This document shows positions 1-5,572 of a stretch of 6,856 bases of DNA, one piece after another. Position 1 is the stretch's first letter. Each line of letters starts with the position of its first letter. The DNA comes from a virus (Duplodnaviria > Heunggongvirae > Uroviricota > Caudoviricetes), in IMG/VR virus record IMGVR_UViG_2778261568_000010, positions 1 to 6,856 of that record. One strand, given 5' to 3'. A program made the position numbers and the translations under genes. The notes under the pieces are model-generated. The model saw nothing but the letters and a program-made list of their open reading frames with translations. It made no database searches and was not told the origin of the DNA.

Positions 1-153
1 ATGCGCAATGAAATAGCCATCAATCACCAGATGCTTCGTGCAGCACAGAACAAAGCAGTAATAGCCAGATTTATTGGTGATTCCAAAATGTGGCTTGAAG
101 CAAATAAAGCGATGAAATCAGCTATCAACCTTCCGTGGTATCGCAGGAAATGA
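1..153 (+). CDS. kil: Kil-like small protein (host cell-division inhibitor family), 50 codons as read; may start at internal ATG 31 or extend upstream of the window
   Basis: Translation MRNEIAINHQMLRAAQNKAVIARFIGDSKMWLEANKAMKSAINLPWYRRK contains IA-FIGD-KM--EA--A-K, which matches the lambda Kil N-terminal region as I recall it (TIATFIGDEKMFREAVDAYKK). Sits immediately upstream of the erf module, as kil does in P22. Window begins at the ATG, so the 5' end is unverifiable. Confidence 0.5.
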   Translation: MRNEIAINHQMLRAAQNKAVIARFIGDSKMWLEANKAMKSAINLPWYRRK

Positions 154-308
154 GTTTTACAGATAACTGGTCAGACGAAGAATTCATTCGTCAGATGAAA
201 GAATTAATCGGTAACGAAGGAGATATTCATGTCACTTGCAACCACAGTGAAGGAGAGCAAGTTACAGAGACGCATGTACACGCAGAAAGCTCTCTGGTAT
301 CGCCATAA
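150..308 (+). CDS. Small hypothetical protein (52 aa); positional analogue of P22 Arf (accessory recombination function) between kil and erf
   Basis: ATG at 150 overlaps the upstream TGA (ATGA), suggesting translational coupling. Translation MSFTDNWSDEEFIRQMKELIGNEGDIHVTCNHSEGEQVTETHVHAESSLVSP. Assignment is by position and size only; no sequence-level recognition. Confidence 0.35.
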   Translation: MSFTDNWSDEEFIRQMKELIGNEGDIHVTCNHSEGEQVTETHVHAESSLVSP

Positions 309-409
309 TGGCGACCGCGAAGGAATGCGGGTATGCCTTAATTTGTCCCGAGTCGAAGTATTAAATCAGCGTTATTTCCTTGGGCCATGTCCATTCTGAG
401 AACAAACAT

Positions 410-1015
410 ATGAGCAAAGAATTTTATGCAAGACTGGCAGCTATTCAGGAGAATCTGAACGCGCCAAAGAATCAGTACAACTCATTCGGTAAATATAAAT
501 ACAGAAGCTGCGAAGACATTCTTGAAGGCGTTAAGCCGTTACTGAATGGTCTGTTTTTATCAATCAGCGATGAAGTTGTGTTGATTGGTGATCGGTATTA
601 CGTGAAAGCCACGGCAACTATCACCGATGGCGAAAACAGTCATACGGCAACCGCACTAGCACGAGAGGAAGAAAGCAAGAAAGGAATGGATTCTGCACAA
701 GTTACGGGAGCTACAAGCTCTTATGCACGCAAGTATTGCCTCAATGGTTTATTCGGCATTGATGATGCGAAAGATGCAGATACCGACGAGCATAAACATC
801 AGCAGAACGCAGCAGCAAAGCAATCAAAACCATCACCTACACCTGGACAGGTTCTAAAAGCATTCACTGACGCAGCAATGCAGAAAAACACCGTGGAAGA
901 GCTTAAACAGGCGTTCGCCAAAGCGTGGAAGATGCTCGAAGGCACACCGGAGCAGCACAAAGCGCAGGACGTTTACAACATCAGACGAGACGAATTAGAA
1001 GGAGCGGCTGCTTAA
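410..1015 (+). CDS. erf: Erf-family single-strand annealing recombinase (essential recombination function)
   Basis: ORF-track frame 380..1015; I place the start at ATG 410 (MSKEFYARL...), since the track start at 380 is a TTG. The N-terminal half (NAPKNQYNSFGKYKYRSCEDILEGVKPLL...DRYYVKATATITDGENSH...QVTGATSSYARKYCLNGLFGIDDAKDAD) matches the conserved Erf domain as recalled from P22 Erf. Confidence 0.8.
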   Translation: MSKEFYARLAAIQENLNAPKNQYNSFGKYKYRSCEDILEGVKPLLNGLFLSISDEVVLIGDRYYVKATATITDGENSHTATALAREEESKKGMDSAQVTGATSSYARKYCLNGLFGIDDAKDADTDEHKHQQNAAAKQSKPSPTPGQVLKAFTDAAMQKNTVEELKQAFAKAWKMLEGTPEQHKAQDVYNIRRDELEGAAA

Positions 1016-1398
1016 TGGCACATTCGATTACTGTAAGACTAAACAAGCCCGCAAGAGAGTTTCAGGCCGGGGAAAATATCGGATTCAACATCCGTGCTGG
1101 CGTTCAGTATTACGATCGCCAGACAAAAAAGAAAGAATGGACAAACTACAGCGCCGTTGTATTTGCCAAGCCGGGAGCGCAAGCGGATTACTATCGTAGC
1201 GTTCTGGTTGAAGGAGGCATTGTAGAAATTACCGGAGAAAACATCAGAGTTGATGTTTATCAGGGGCAAAATGGTCAATCAATCACTCTTGAATTACTGA
1301 ATGCAAAGATTGGATTTGCAACTTCAGGAAACAGCCAACAGCAACAAAGTAGCAATCATCAAAATCATCCTGAATACGACGATTCAATTCCCTTCTAG
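1015..1398 (+). CDS. Phage SSB-like OB-fold single-stranded DNA-binding protein (127 aa) with host-SSB-like C-terminal tip
   Basis: ATG at 1015 overlaps the erf stop (TAATG). The pattern EW-NYSAVVFAKPGAQADYYRSVLVEGGIVEITGE-IRVDVYQGQNGQSITLEL parallels the E. coli SSB OB-fold core. A Gln/Ser-rich linker leads to a terminal EYDDSIPF, resembling the canonical SSB tip DDDIPF. Track ORF 925..1398 is the same frame with a spurious upstream extension. Confidence 0.6.
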   Translation: MAHSITVRLNKPAREFQAGENIGFNIRAGVQYYDRQTKKKEWTNYSAVVFAKPGAQADYYRSVLVEGGIVEITGENIRVDVYQGQNGQSITLELLNAKIGFATSGNSQQQQSSNHQNHPEYDDSIPF

Positions 1399-1421
1399 AT
1401 TAGCAAAATAAGGATTCCATT

Positions 1422-1718
1422 ATGCCAGCGCCTTTGTATGGTGCGGATGACCCGCGCCGCTGTTCCGGCAATTCCGTATCGGAGGTGCTGGATAAATTCA
1501 GAAAAAACTACGACCTGATAATGTCGCTACCGCAGGAAACGAAAGAGGAAAAGGAATTTCGTCATTGTATATGGCTTGCAGAGAAAGAAGAACGCGAGCG
1601 AATTTACCAGACATCAATCCGACCATTCCGCAAAGCCACATATACCCACTTCCCTGAATATATCGACCCGCGCCTGCGTAATTACCGCTCACGCTATGGC
1701 GCTATCAGTAATGACTGA
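1422..1718 (+). CDS. Hypothetical protein (98 aa), first gene after the erf/ssb module
   Basis: ATG at 1422 preceded by AAGGA at 1410-1414 (spacing 7). Charged composition (ETKEEKEFRHCIWLAEKEERERIYQ). No family recognised. Confidence 0.5.
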   Translation: MPAPLYGADDPRRCSGNSVSEVLDKFRKNYDLIMSLPQETKEEKEFRHCIWLAEKEERERIYQTSIRPFRKATYTHFPEYIDPRLRNYRSRYGAISND

Positions 1719-1728
1719 GGAATTTACC

Positions 1729-2019
1729 ATGAAAACAATGAAGCTAAACATCGTCCTCGGAAAATACGTTATTACCGGAACCAAACACGACCTGATTCTT
1801 AGTGAAAGAGGAATTATCAAAGAAGGCGAGAATGCAGGGAAAGAAACACTAAGCCGTATCGGTTATTACAGCAAGTTTGAGCATCTGGTTAAAGAATTAT
1901 GCAACCGTGAAATCCTGTTATCTCAGGCGCAGACGCTACAGGATATTCAGCAACATATCGAGAATTTAGGTGTGTCACTTAGCATGGCTATTGACCAGTT
2001 CGTGGAGAGTAAATCATGA
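1729..2019 (+). CDS. Hypothetical protein (96 aa)
   Basis: ATG at 1729 with GAGG at 1717-1720 (spacing 8); begins [18 protein letters not shown]. The track ORF 1576..2019 is the same frame with an N-terminal extension that would overlap the preceding gene. Confidence 0.5.
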   Translation: MKTMKLNIVLGKYVITGTKHDLILSERGIIKEGENAGKETLSRIGYYSKFEHLVKELCNREILLSQAQTLQDIQQHIENLGVSLSMAIDQFVESKS

Positions 2020-2183
2020 GAGGACTTGCATACAATCCCGGCATTCTTCCAGCAGAAATGATTATTCGCCAACGCGTAAAGCCAATGCCATCGAGAGAGG
2101 AATTGCTTAAGAGAAATTCTTTTCCTTCAGTGAATCAAAACAAATATCTGAATGCGATGTGGCGCAAAGGAGGCAAGCAGTGA
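2016..2183 (+). CDS. Hypothetical small protein (55 aa), not in the ORF track
   Basis: ATG 2016-2018 overlaps the upstream stop TGA 2017-2019 (ATGA). Hand-translated: [55 protein letters not shown], stop TGA 2181-2183. Fills an otherwise gene-free gap in a densely packed operon. Confidence 0.35.
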   Translation: MRGLAYNPGILPAEMIIRQRVKPMPSREELLKRNSFPSVNQNKYLNAMWRKGGKQ

Positions 2184-2479
2184 GTGTATATCTTATTGAT
2201 AAACGTCGACGTGGGCAACAAATACCACCTGTAGGAATTCCGAATCACACATGGTTTTGCGTACTTGATATCGATGGTATGGATGCGTTGGTTGACACTA
2301 GTCATTACTGCGATACCGCAACAGCTACTACGGCGAAAGCAAAGAAAATGGCTGCTCTGATAGAAAACTGGACTCCACCTGATGGTTGGTGCAATGGGAA
2401 TGATCGAGATTGGCATGAAAAAATGAAGGGCTATATCTGCGATTTCTTACGTAAATGCAACGGCTTCAGGGTGATGTGA
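2180..2479 (+). CDS. Hypothetical protein (99 aa from GTG 2180; 106 aa if GTG 2159)
   Basis: GTG 2180 overlaps the upstream stop (GTGA) and follows AAAGGAGG at 2166-2173 (spacing 6). Several Cys residues ([24 protein letters not shown]). No family recognised. Confidence 0.45.
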   Translation: MSVYLIDKRRRGQQIPPVGIPNHTWFCVLDIDGMDALVDTSHYCDTATATTAKAKKMAALIENWTPPDGWCNGNDRDWHEKMKGYICDFLRKCNGFRVM

Positions 2480-2480
2480 C

Positions 2481-3017
2481 ATGAGCAAGATTGACTATCA
2501 GGCACTGCGTGAAAAGGCAGAGAAAGCAACGTGTGGGGTGTGTTCGCTCGAATATGGAGAGAGCCGATTTGATTGTGATGATGCGCTAATTCATCGTGAC
2601 GTTGTTGGATATCTTCCCATTTGCAGAATTGAAGGAGCGCATCCTGAAAGCGGTTTCGATGAAGATTTCCAAATTGAACAGCAGGCCAATGCTGAATTCA
2701 TCGCCGCAGCCAATCCGGCTACCGTGCTGGCACTACTGGATGAACGGGAAAGAAACCAGCAATACATCAAACGCCGCGACCAGGAGAACGAGGATATTGC
2801 GCTAACGGTAGGGAAGCTGCGTGTTGAGCTGGAAGCAGCAAAAAAGCGCATAGCAGAACTGAAAGCACGGGAGGTTGTACTGCCGCGTGCGCACGATGTT
2901 CACCCATTAGGGCCGCAGTCGGCGAAAATTTTTTGTGAGTTTCACCGGAGTATCGTGAACAGATGCGCCGATGAGATTCGCAAGGTTGGCGTCAAAGTCA
3001 GCATCAAGGGGAATTAG
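2481..3017 (+). CDS. Ead/Ea22-like phage protein (178 aa)
   Basis: Central segment ANAEFIAAANPATVLALLDERE is the signature I associate with the Ead/Ea22-like family of lambdoid early-left accessory proteins. It is followed by a predicted coiled-coil region (LTVGKLRVELEAAKKRIAELKARE). The N-terminus carries Cys at CGVC and FDCDD. Confidence 0.6.
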   Translation: MSKIDYQALREKAEKATCGVCSLEYGESRFDCDDALIHRDVVGYLPICRIEGAHPESGFDEDFQIEQQANAEFIAAANPATVLALLDERERNQQYIKRRDQENEDIALTVGKLRVELEAAKKRIAELKAREVVLPRAHDVHPLGPQSAKIFCEFHRSIVNRCADEIRKVGVKVSIKGN

Positions 3018-3021
3018 GGAT

Positions 3022-3528
3022 ATGGCTGAACTAACCAAAGAATGGCTGAAGCAAACTATCGCTGAATACGAAGCCAATCGTGATGAATTACCGTTTGGAC
3101 TGGATACCAACAGTGCCATTGGGCTTCAGGCGTTCAAGTTGGCGCTGGCATCGCTGGAAGCAGAACCGGTGGCGTGGAAGGTAACATTCACGCAAATTGA
3201 TCGTGAATATAACACGTTCACTGGTATGTATTCTGACAAAGCAGAAGTCGAACGGTGGGTGCGTCTGCATAAAGCATGTAATTTTCGGGCAGATATAACA
3301 CCGCTTTATACCGCCAAGCCAGTGCTGGTAACTCCGGATGGTTGGATAAGCTGTAGTGAGCGAATGCCGGATAAGTTAATTCCGGTAATGGTCATGTATG
3401 AAGACGGTGAGATGTGGTCTGCAATGTGGAATGGCAATCGCTGGGATGATGGCACCGAATATCCGGATCCGCACTCAGTTACGCACTGGCGTGAAATGCC
3501 AGCAGCACCGCAGCAGGAGGTGAAGTGA
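3022..3528 (+). CDS. Phage protein with C-terminal DUF551-type domain (168 aa from ATG 3022; 185 aa if ATG 2971)
   Basis: C-terminal DGWISCSERMPDKLIPVMVMYEDGEMWSAMWNGNRWDDGTEYPDPHSVTHWREMPAAP fits the DUF551 pattern (WIS..E..P...V.V.....W..G..W.....VTHW..MP) common in enterobacterial prophage early regions. The 2971 start would overlap the previous gene by 47 nt; 3022 follows AGGGGA at 3006-3011. Confidence 0.6.
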   Translation: MAELTKEWLKQTIAEYEANRDELPFGLDTNSAIGLQAFKLALASLEAEPVAWKVTFTQIDREYNTFTGMYSDKAEVERWVRLHKACNFRADITPLYTAKPVLVTPDGWISCSERMPDKLIPVMVMYEDGEMWSAMWNGNRWDDGTEYPDPHSVTHWREMPAAPQQEVK

Positions 3529-3806
3529 TGGACTCCTTCGCGAAATATACGATTATTGACTGGATAGCATTCCTTCAGGTTTTGCTCATCTGGTTTTATA
3601 TGGCTTACAGGAGTGGGCAGTGGATTGTCAGTGTAGCCTGTAGCAAGGGATGGCGTTGGTGGAACCGAAAGAATAAAAAAGCACTAGCCTTGGATTCGTT
3701 TTACGAAGCATTCAATCTTAACATCCTTCAGCCTGGTTCTGTCGTTGTAGTCACCACTCAAAGCGGCATGACCATTCAGATTCATAAACCAAAAGAGGAA
3801 AAATGA
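3528..3806 (+). CDS. Small predicted membrane protein (92 aa; 93 aa if GTG 3525)
   Basis: AGGAGG at 3514-3519 precedes the start. The N-terminal hydrophobic stretch YTIIDWIAFLQVLLIWFYMAY is long enough for one transmembrane helix and is followed by a basic patch (WRWWNRKNKK). The start overlaps the upstream stop (TGATG). Confidence 0.45.
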   Translation: MDSFAKYTIIDWIAFLQVLLIWFYMAYRSGQWIVSVACSKGWRWWNRKNKKALALDSFYEAFNLNILQPGSVVVVTTQSGMTIQIHKPKEEK

Positions 3807-3892
3807 TGTGGCCTATATGTGTTAATTGCGGACGGATGTGCCTATCTGGATGGTGCCGAAAGTGCGACAAATGCACGAAGCAAAGACAATAA
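3803..3892 (+). CDS. Candidate Cys-rich micro-protein (29 aa), not in the ORF track
   Basis: ATGATG start overlaps the upstream stop, with AGAGGA at 3793-3798. Hand-translated: MMWPICVNCGRMCLSGWCRKCDKCTKQRQ, six Cys in 29 residues (C-x2-C-x3-C-x4-C-x2-C-x2-C). Confidence 0.25.
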   Translation: MMWPICVNCGRMCLSGWCRKCDKCTKQRQ

Positions 3893-3926
3893 CAATCCTC
3901 GCACTCGCGGGGATTTCTTTTATCTG

Positions 3927-3950
3927 AACTCGCTACGGCGAGTTTTGTTT
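3927..3950 (+). terminator. Candidate intrinsic terminator hairpin (stem AACTCGC / GCGAGTT, loop TACG, then TTGTTTT)
   Basis: Read directly from sequence at 3927-3950; it lies in the only sizeable intergenic gap of the operon (3893..3964). Confidence 0.4.
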
Positions 3951-3964
3951 TATGGAGATGATAA

Positions 3965-4132
3965 ATGCACTTCCGAGTCACAGGTGAATGGAATGGAGAA
4001 CCATTCAACAGAGTTATCGAAGCCGAGGACATCAACGACTGCTATAACCACTGGATGATATGGGCGCAGATAGCACATGCAGAAGTAACCAATATTCGAA
4101 TTGAAGAACTGAAAGAACACAAAACCGCCTGA
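3965..4132 (+). CDS. Hypothetical 55-aa protein immediately upstream of xis
   Basis: ATG 3965 with GGAG at 3954-3957 (spacing 7). Hand-translated: MHFRVTGEWNGEPFNRVIEAEDINDCYNHWMIWAQIAHAEVTNIRIEELKEHKTA. Its size and distance from xis match the unnamed 55-codon ORF that I recall upstream of xis in the lambda reference annotation (coordinates from memory). The stop TGA 4130-4132 lies in the loop of the next hairpin. Confidence 0.45.
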   Translation: MHFRVTGEWNGEPFNRVIEAEDINDCYNHWMIWAQIAHAEVTNIRIEELKEHKTA

Positions 4133-4145
4133 TGGCGGTTTTTTC
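4121..4145 (+). terminator. Intrinsic terminator-like hairpin (stem AAAACCGCC / GGCGGTTTT, loop TGAT, then T-run)
   Basis: Near-perfect 9-bp stem with a GC core followed by TTTTTT, read directly at 4121-4145. Confidence 0.55.
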
Positions 4146-4159
4146 TTGCGTGTAATTGC
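4146..4159 (+). promoter_or_regulatory. cII-binding TTGC-N6-TTGC element of the int promoter pI
   Basis: TTGC at 4146-4149, a 6-nt spacer, then TTGC at 4156-4159, 13 nt before the xis ATG. In lambda, cII activates pI at exactly such a repeat in the -35 region, and the transcript starts inside xis so that Int is made without Xis. Confidence 0.6.
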
Positions 4160-4171
4160 GGAGACTTTGCG

Positions 4172-4390
4172 ATGTACTTGACACTTCAGGAGTGGAACGC
4201 ACGCCAGCGACGCCCAAGAAGCCTTGAAACAGTTCGTCGATGGGTACGCGAGTGCAGGATATTCCCTCCTCCGGTTAAGGATGGAAGAGAGTATCTGTTC
4301 CACGAATCAGCGGTAAAAATTGACTTAAATCGACCAGTAACAGGTAGCCTTTTGAAGAGGATCAGAAATGGGAAGAAGGCGAAGTCATGA
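4172..4390 (+). CDS. xis: Excisionase Xis (lambda type)
   Basis: 72-aa translation MYLTLQEWNARQRRPRSLETVRRWVRECRIFPPPVKDGREYLFHESAVKIDLNRPVTGSLLKRIRNGKKAKS matches lambda Xis as I recall it over its full length; the 3' end overlaps int by 23 nt as in lambda. Confidence 0.93.
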   Translation: MYLTLQEWNARQRRPRSLETVRRWVRECRIFPPPVKDGREYLFHESAVKIDLNRPVTGSLLKRIRNGKKAKS

Positions 4391-5438
4391 GCGCCGGGAT
4401 TTACCCCCTAACCTTTATATAAGAAACAATGGATATTACTGCTACAGGGACCCAAGGACGGGTAAAGAGTTTGGATTAGGCCGAGACAGGCGAATCGCAA
4501 TCACTGAAGCTATACAGGCCAACATTGAGTTATTTTCAGGACACAAACACAAGCCTCTGACAGCGAGAATCAACAGTGATAATTCCGTTACGTTACATTC
4601 ATGGCTTGATCGCTACGAAAAAATCCTGGCCAGCAGAGGAATCAAGCAGAAGACACTCATAAATTACATGAGCAAAATTAAAGCAATAAGGAGGGGGCTG
4701 CCTGATGCTTCACTTGAAGACATCACCACAAAAGAAATTGCGGCAATGCTCAATGGATACATAGACGAGGGCAAGGCGGCATCAGCCAAGTTAATCAGAT
4801 CAACACTGAGCGATGCATTCCGAGAGGCTATAGCTGAAGGCCATATAACAACAAACCCGGTCGCAGCCACTCGCGCAGCAAAATCAGAGGTAAGGAGATC
4901 AAGACTTACGGCTGACGAATACCTGAAAATTTATCAAGCAGCAGAATCATCACCATGTTGGCTTAGACTTGCAATGGAACTGGCTGTTGTTACCGGGCAG
5001 CGAGTTGGTGATTTATGCGAAATGAAGTGGTCTGATATCGTAGATGGATATCTTTATGTCGAGCAAAGCAAAACAGGCGTAAAAATTGCCATCCCAACAA
5101 CATTGCATGTTGATGCTCTCGGGATATCAATGAAGGAAACACTTGATAAATGCAAAGAGATTCTTGGCGGAGAAACCATAATTGCATCTACTCGTCGTGA
5201 ACCGCTTTCATCCGGCACAGTATCAAGGTATTTTATGCGCGCACGAAAAGCATCAGGTCTTTCCTTCGAAGGGGATCCGCCTACCTTTCACGAGTTGCGC
5301 AGTTTGTCTGCAAGACTCTATGAGAAGCAGATAAGCGATAAGTTTGCTCAACATCTTCTCGGGCATAAGTCGGACACCATGGCATCACAGTATCGTGATG
5401 ACAGAGGCAGGGAGTGGGACAAAATTGAAATCAAATAA
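4368..5438 (+). CDS. int: Tyrosine site-specific integrase Int (lambda type, 356 aa)
   Basis: N-terminal arm-binding domain MGRRRSHERRDLPPNLYIRNNGYYCYRDPRTGKEF and a C-terminal catalytic domain with the R...K...HxxR...H...Y signature (TGQRVGDL, SKTGVKIAIP, HELRSLSARLY, LLGHKSDTMASQY) match lambda Int essentially residue for residue from memory. A few substitutions relative to the reference are possible but I cannot verify them. Confidence 0.97.
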   Translation: MGRRRSHERRDLPPNLYIRNNGYYCYRDPRTGKEFGLGRDRRIAITEAIQANIELFSGHKHKPLTARINSDNSVTLHSWLDRYEKILASRGIKQKTLINYMSKIKAIRRGLPDASLEDITTKEIAAMLNGYIDEGKAASAKLIRSTLSDAFREAIAEGHITTNPVAATRAAKSEVRRSRLTADEYLKIYQAAESSPCWLRLAMELAVVTGQRVGDLCEMKWSDIVDGYLYVEQSKTGVKIAIPTTLHVDALGISMKETLDKCKEILGGETIIASTRREPLSSGTVSRYFMRARKASGLSFEGDPPTFHELRSLSARLYEKQISDKFAQHLLGHKSDTMASQYRDDRGREWDKIEIK

Positions 5439-5511
5439 TGATTTTATTTTGACTGATAGTGACCTGTTCGTTGCAACAAATTGATAAGCAATGCTTTTTT
5501 ATAATGCCAAC
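5439..5511 (+). other. attL P' arm (phage side): arm-type Int sites and IHF H' site
   Basis: The reverse complement of 5439..5511 reads GTTGGCATTATAAAAAAGCATTGCTTATCAATTTGTTGCAACGAACAGGTCACTATCAGTCAAAATAAAATCA, i.e. the lambda attP P' arm as recalled. AGGTCACTAT-type arm sites lie at about 5441-5468 and an IHF-like TATCAATTTGTTG at about 5474-5486 (reverse strand). Confidence 0.85.
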
Positions 5512-5526
5512 TTAGTATAAAAAAGC
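5512..5526. repeat. att core (15-bp common core O) at the prophage/host junction
   Basis: TTAGTATAAAAAAGC is the exact reverse complement of the lambda/E. coli core GCTTTTTTATACTAA. The flanking host-side sequence (reverse complement CCGTTGAAGCCTGC) matches the E. coli attB B arm as recalled. Confidence 0.9.
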
Positions 5527-5572
5527 AGGCTTCAACGGATTCATTTTTCTATTTCATAGCCCGGAGCAACCT

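Larger units (their letters stand above)
1..5526. mobile_element. Lambdoid prophage, int-proximal (left) end; continues beyond the window start; right boundary is the att core
   Basis: Lambda-type xis/int and P' arm directly abut the att core and host B-arm DNA; phage-type early-left gene chain (kil-like, erf, ssb-like, Ea22-like, DUF551) fills the rest. Confidence 0.9.

Noticed and set aside
2596-2805. Plus-strand ORF 2596..2805 (69 aa)
   Set aside because: Out-of-frame and entirely internal to the Ea22-like gene, which carries the recognisable family signature.
380-2990. ORF-track N-terminal extensions starting at 380, 925, 1576, 2159 and 2971
   Set aside because: The track translates TTG/GTG and in-frame upstream codons as starts. 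Each extension either overlaps the preceding gene or lacks a ribosome-binding site, while an internal ATG/GTG with a Shine-Dalgarno sequence gives a tidy non-overlapping or coupled gene. The extended forms remain possible for 2159 and 2971.
2481-3806. Naming the genes at 2481..3017, 3022..3528 or 3528..3806 as lambda ea22 or ea8.5
   Set aside because: Sizes are similar (a 93-codon ORF; proteins of about 180 aa), but the positions do not match where I remember those lambda genes lying relative to xis, and I cannot recall their sequences well enough. Left as family-level or hypothetical calls.
3819-4058. Plus-strand ORF 3819..4058 (79 aa)
   Set aside because: It begins inside the Cys-rich micro-ORF, runs through the 3927-3950 hairpin and overlaps the 55-codon ORF out of frame. 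The translation is low-complexity (NNNPRTRGD...), and the 55-codon ORF with its own SD is the better model.
1039-5187. Minus-strand ORFs inside the prophage (1039..1278, 1498..1692, 2135..2416, 2591..2851, 2907..3119, 3088..3270, 3751..4035, 3950..4303, 4032..4217, 4664..4870, 4990..5187)
   Set aside because: All lie antisense within well-supported + strand genes of a unidirectional operon, have no recognisable family features, and several would cross the terminator hairpins or xis/int. Most likely chance antisense frames.
5493-5526. Imperfect inverted repeat GCTTTTTTATA...TATAAAAAAGC around the att core, as a possible terminator or novel palindrome
   Set aside because: This is the known near-symmetric structure of the lambda att core and P'-proximal sequence (core-type Int sites). 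The stem is almost entirely A/T, so it is not a credible intrinsic terminator.
5439-5572. tRNA or other RNA gene at the integration site
   Set aside because: Many integrases target tRNA genes, but this is the lambda-type attB in an intergenic region, and no cloverleaf-like structure or conserved tRNA motif is evident.
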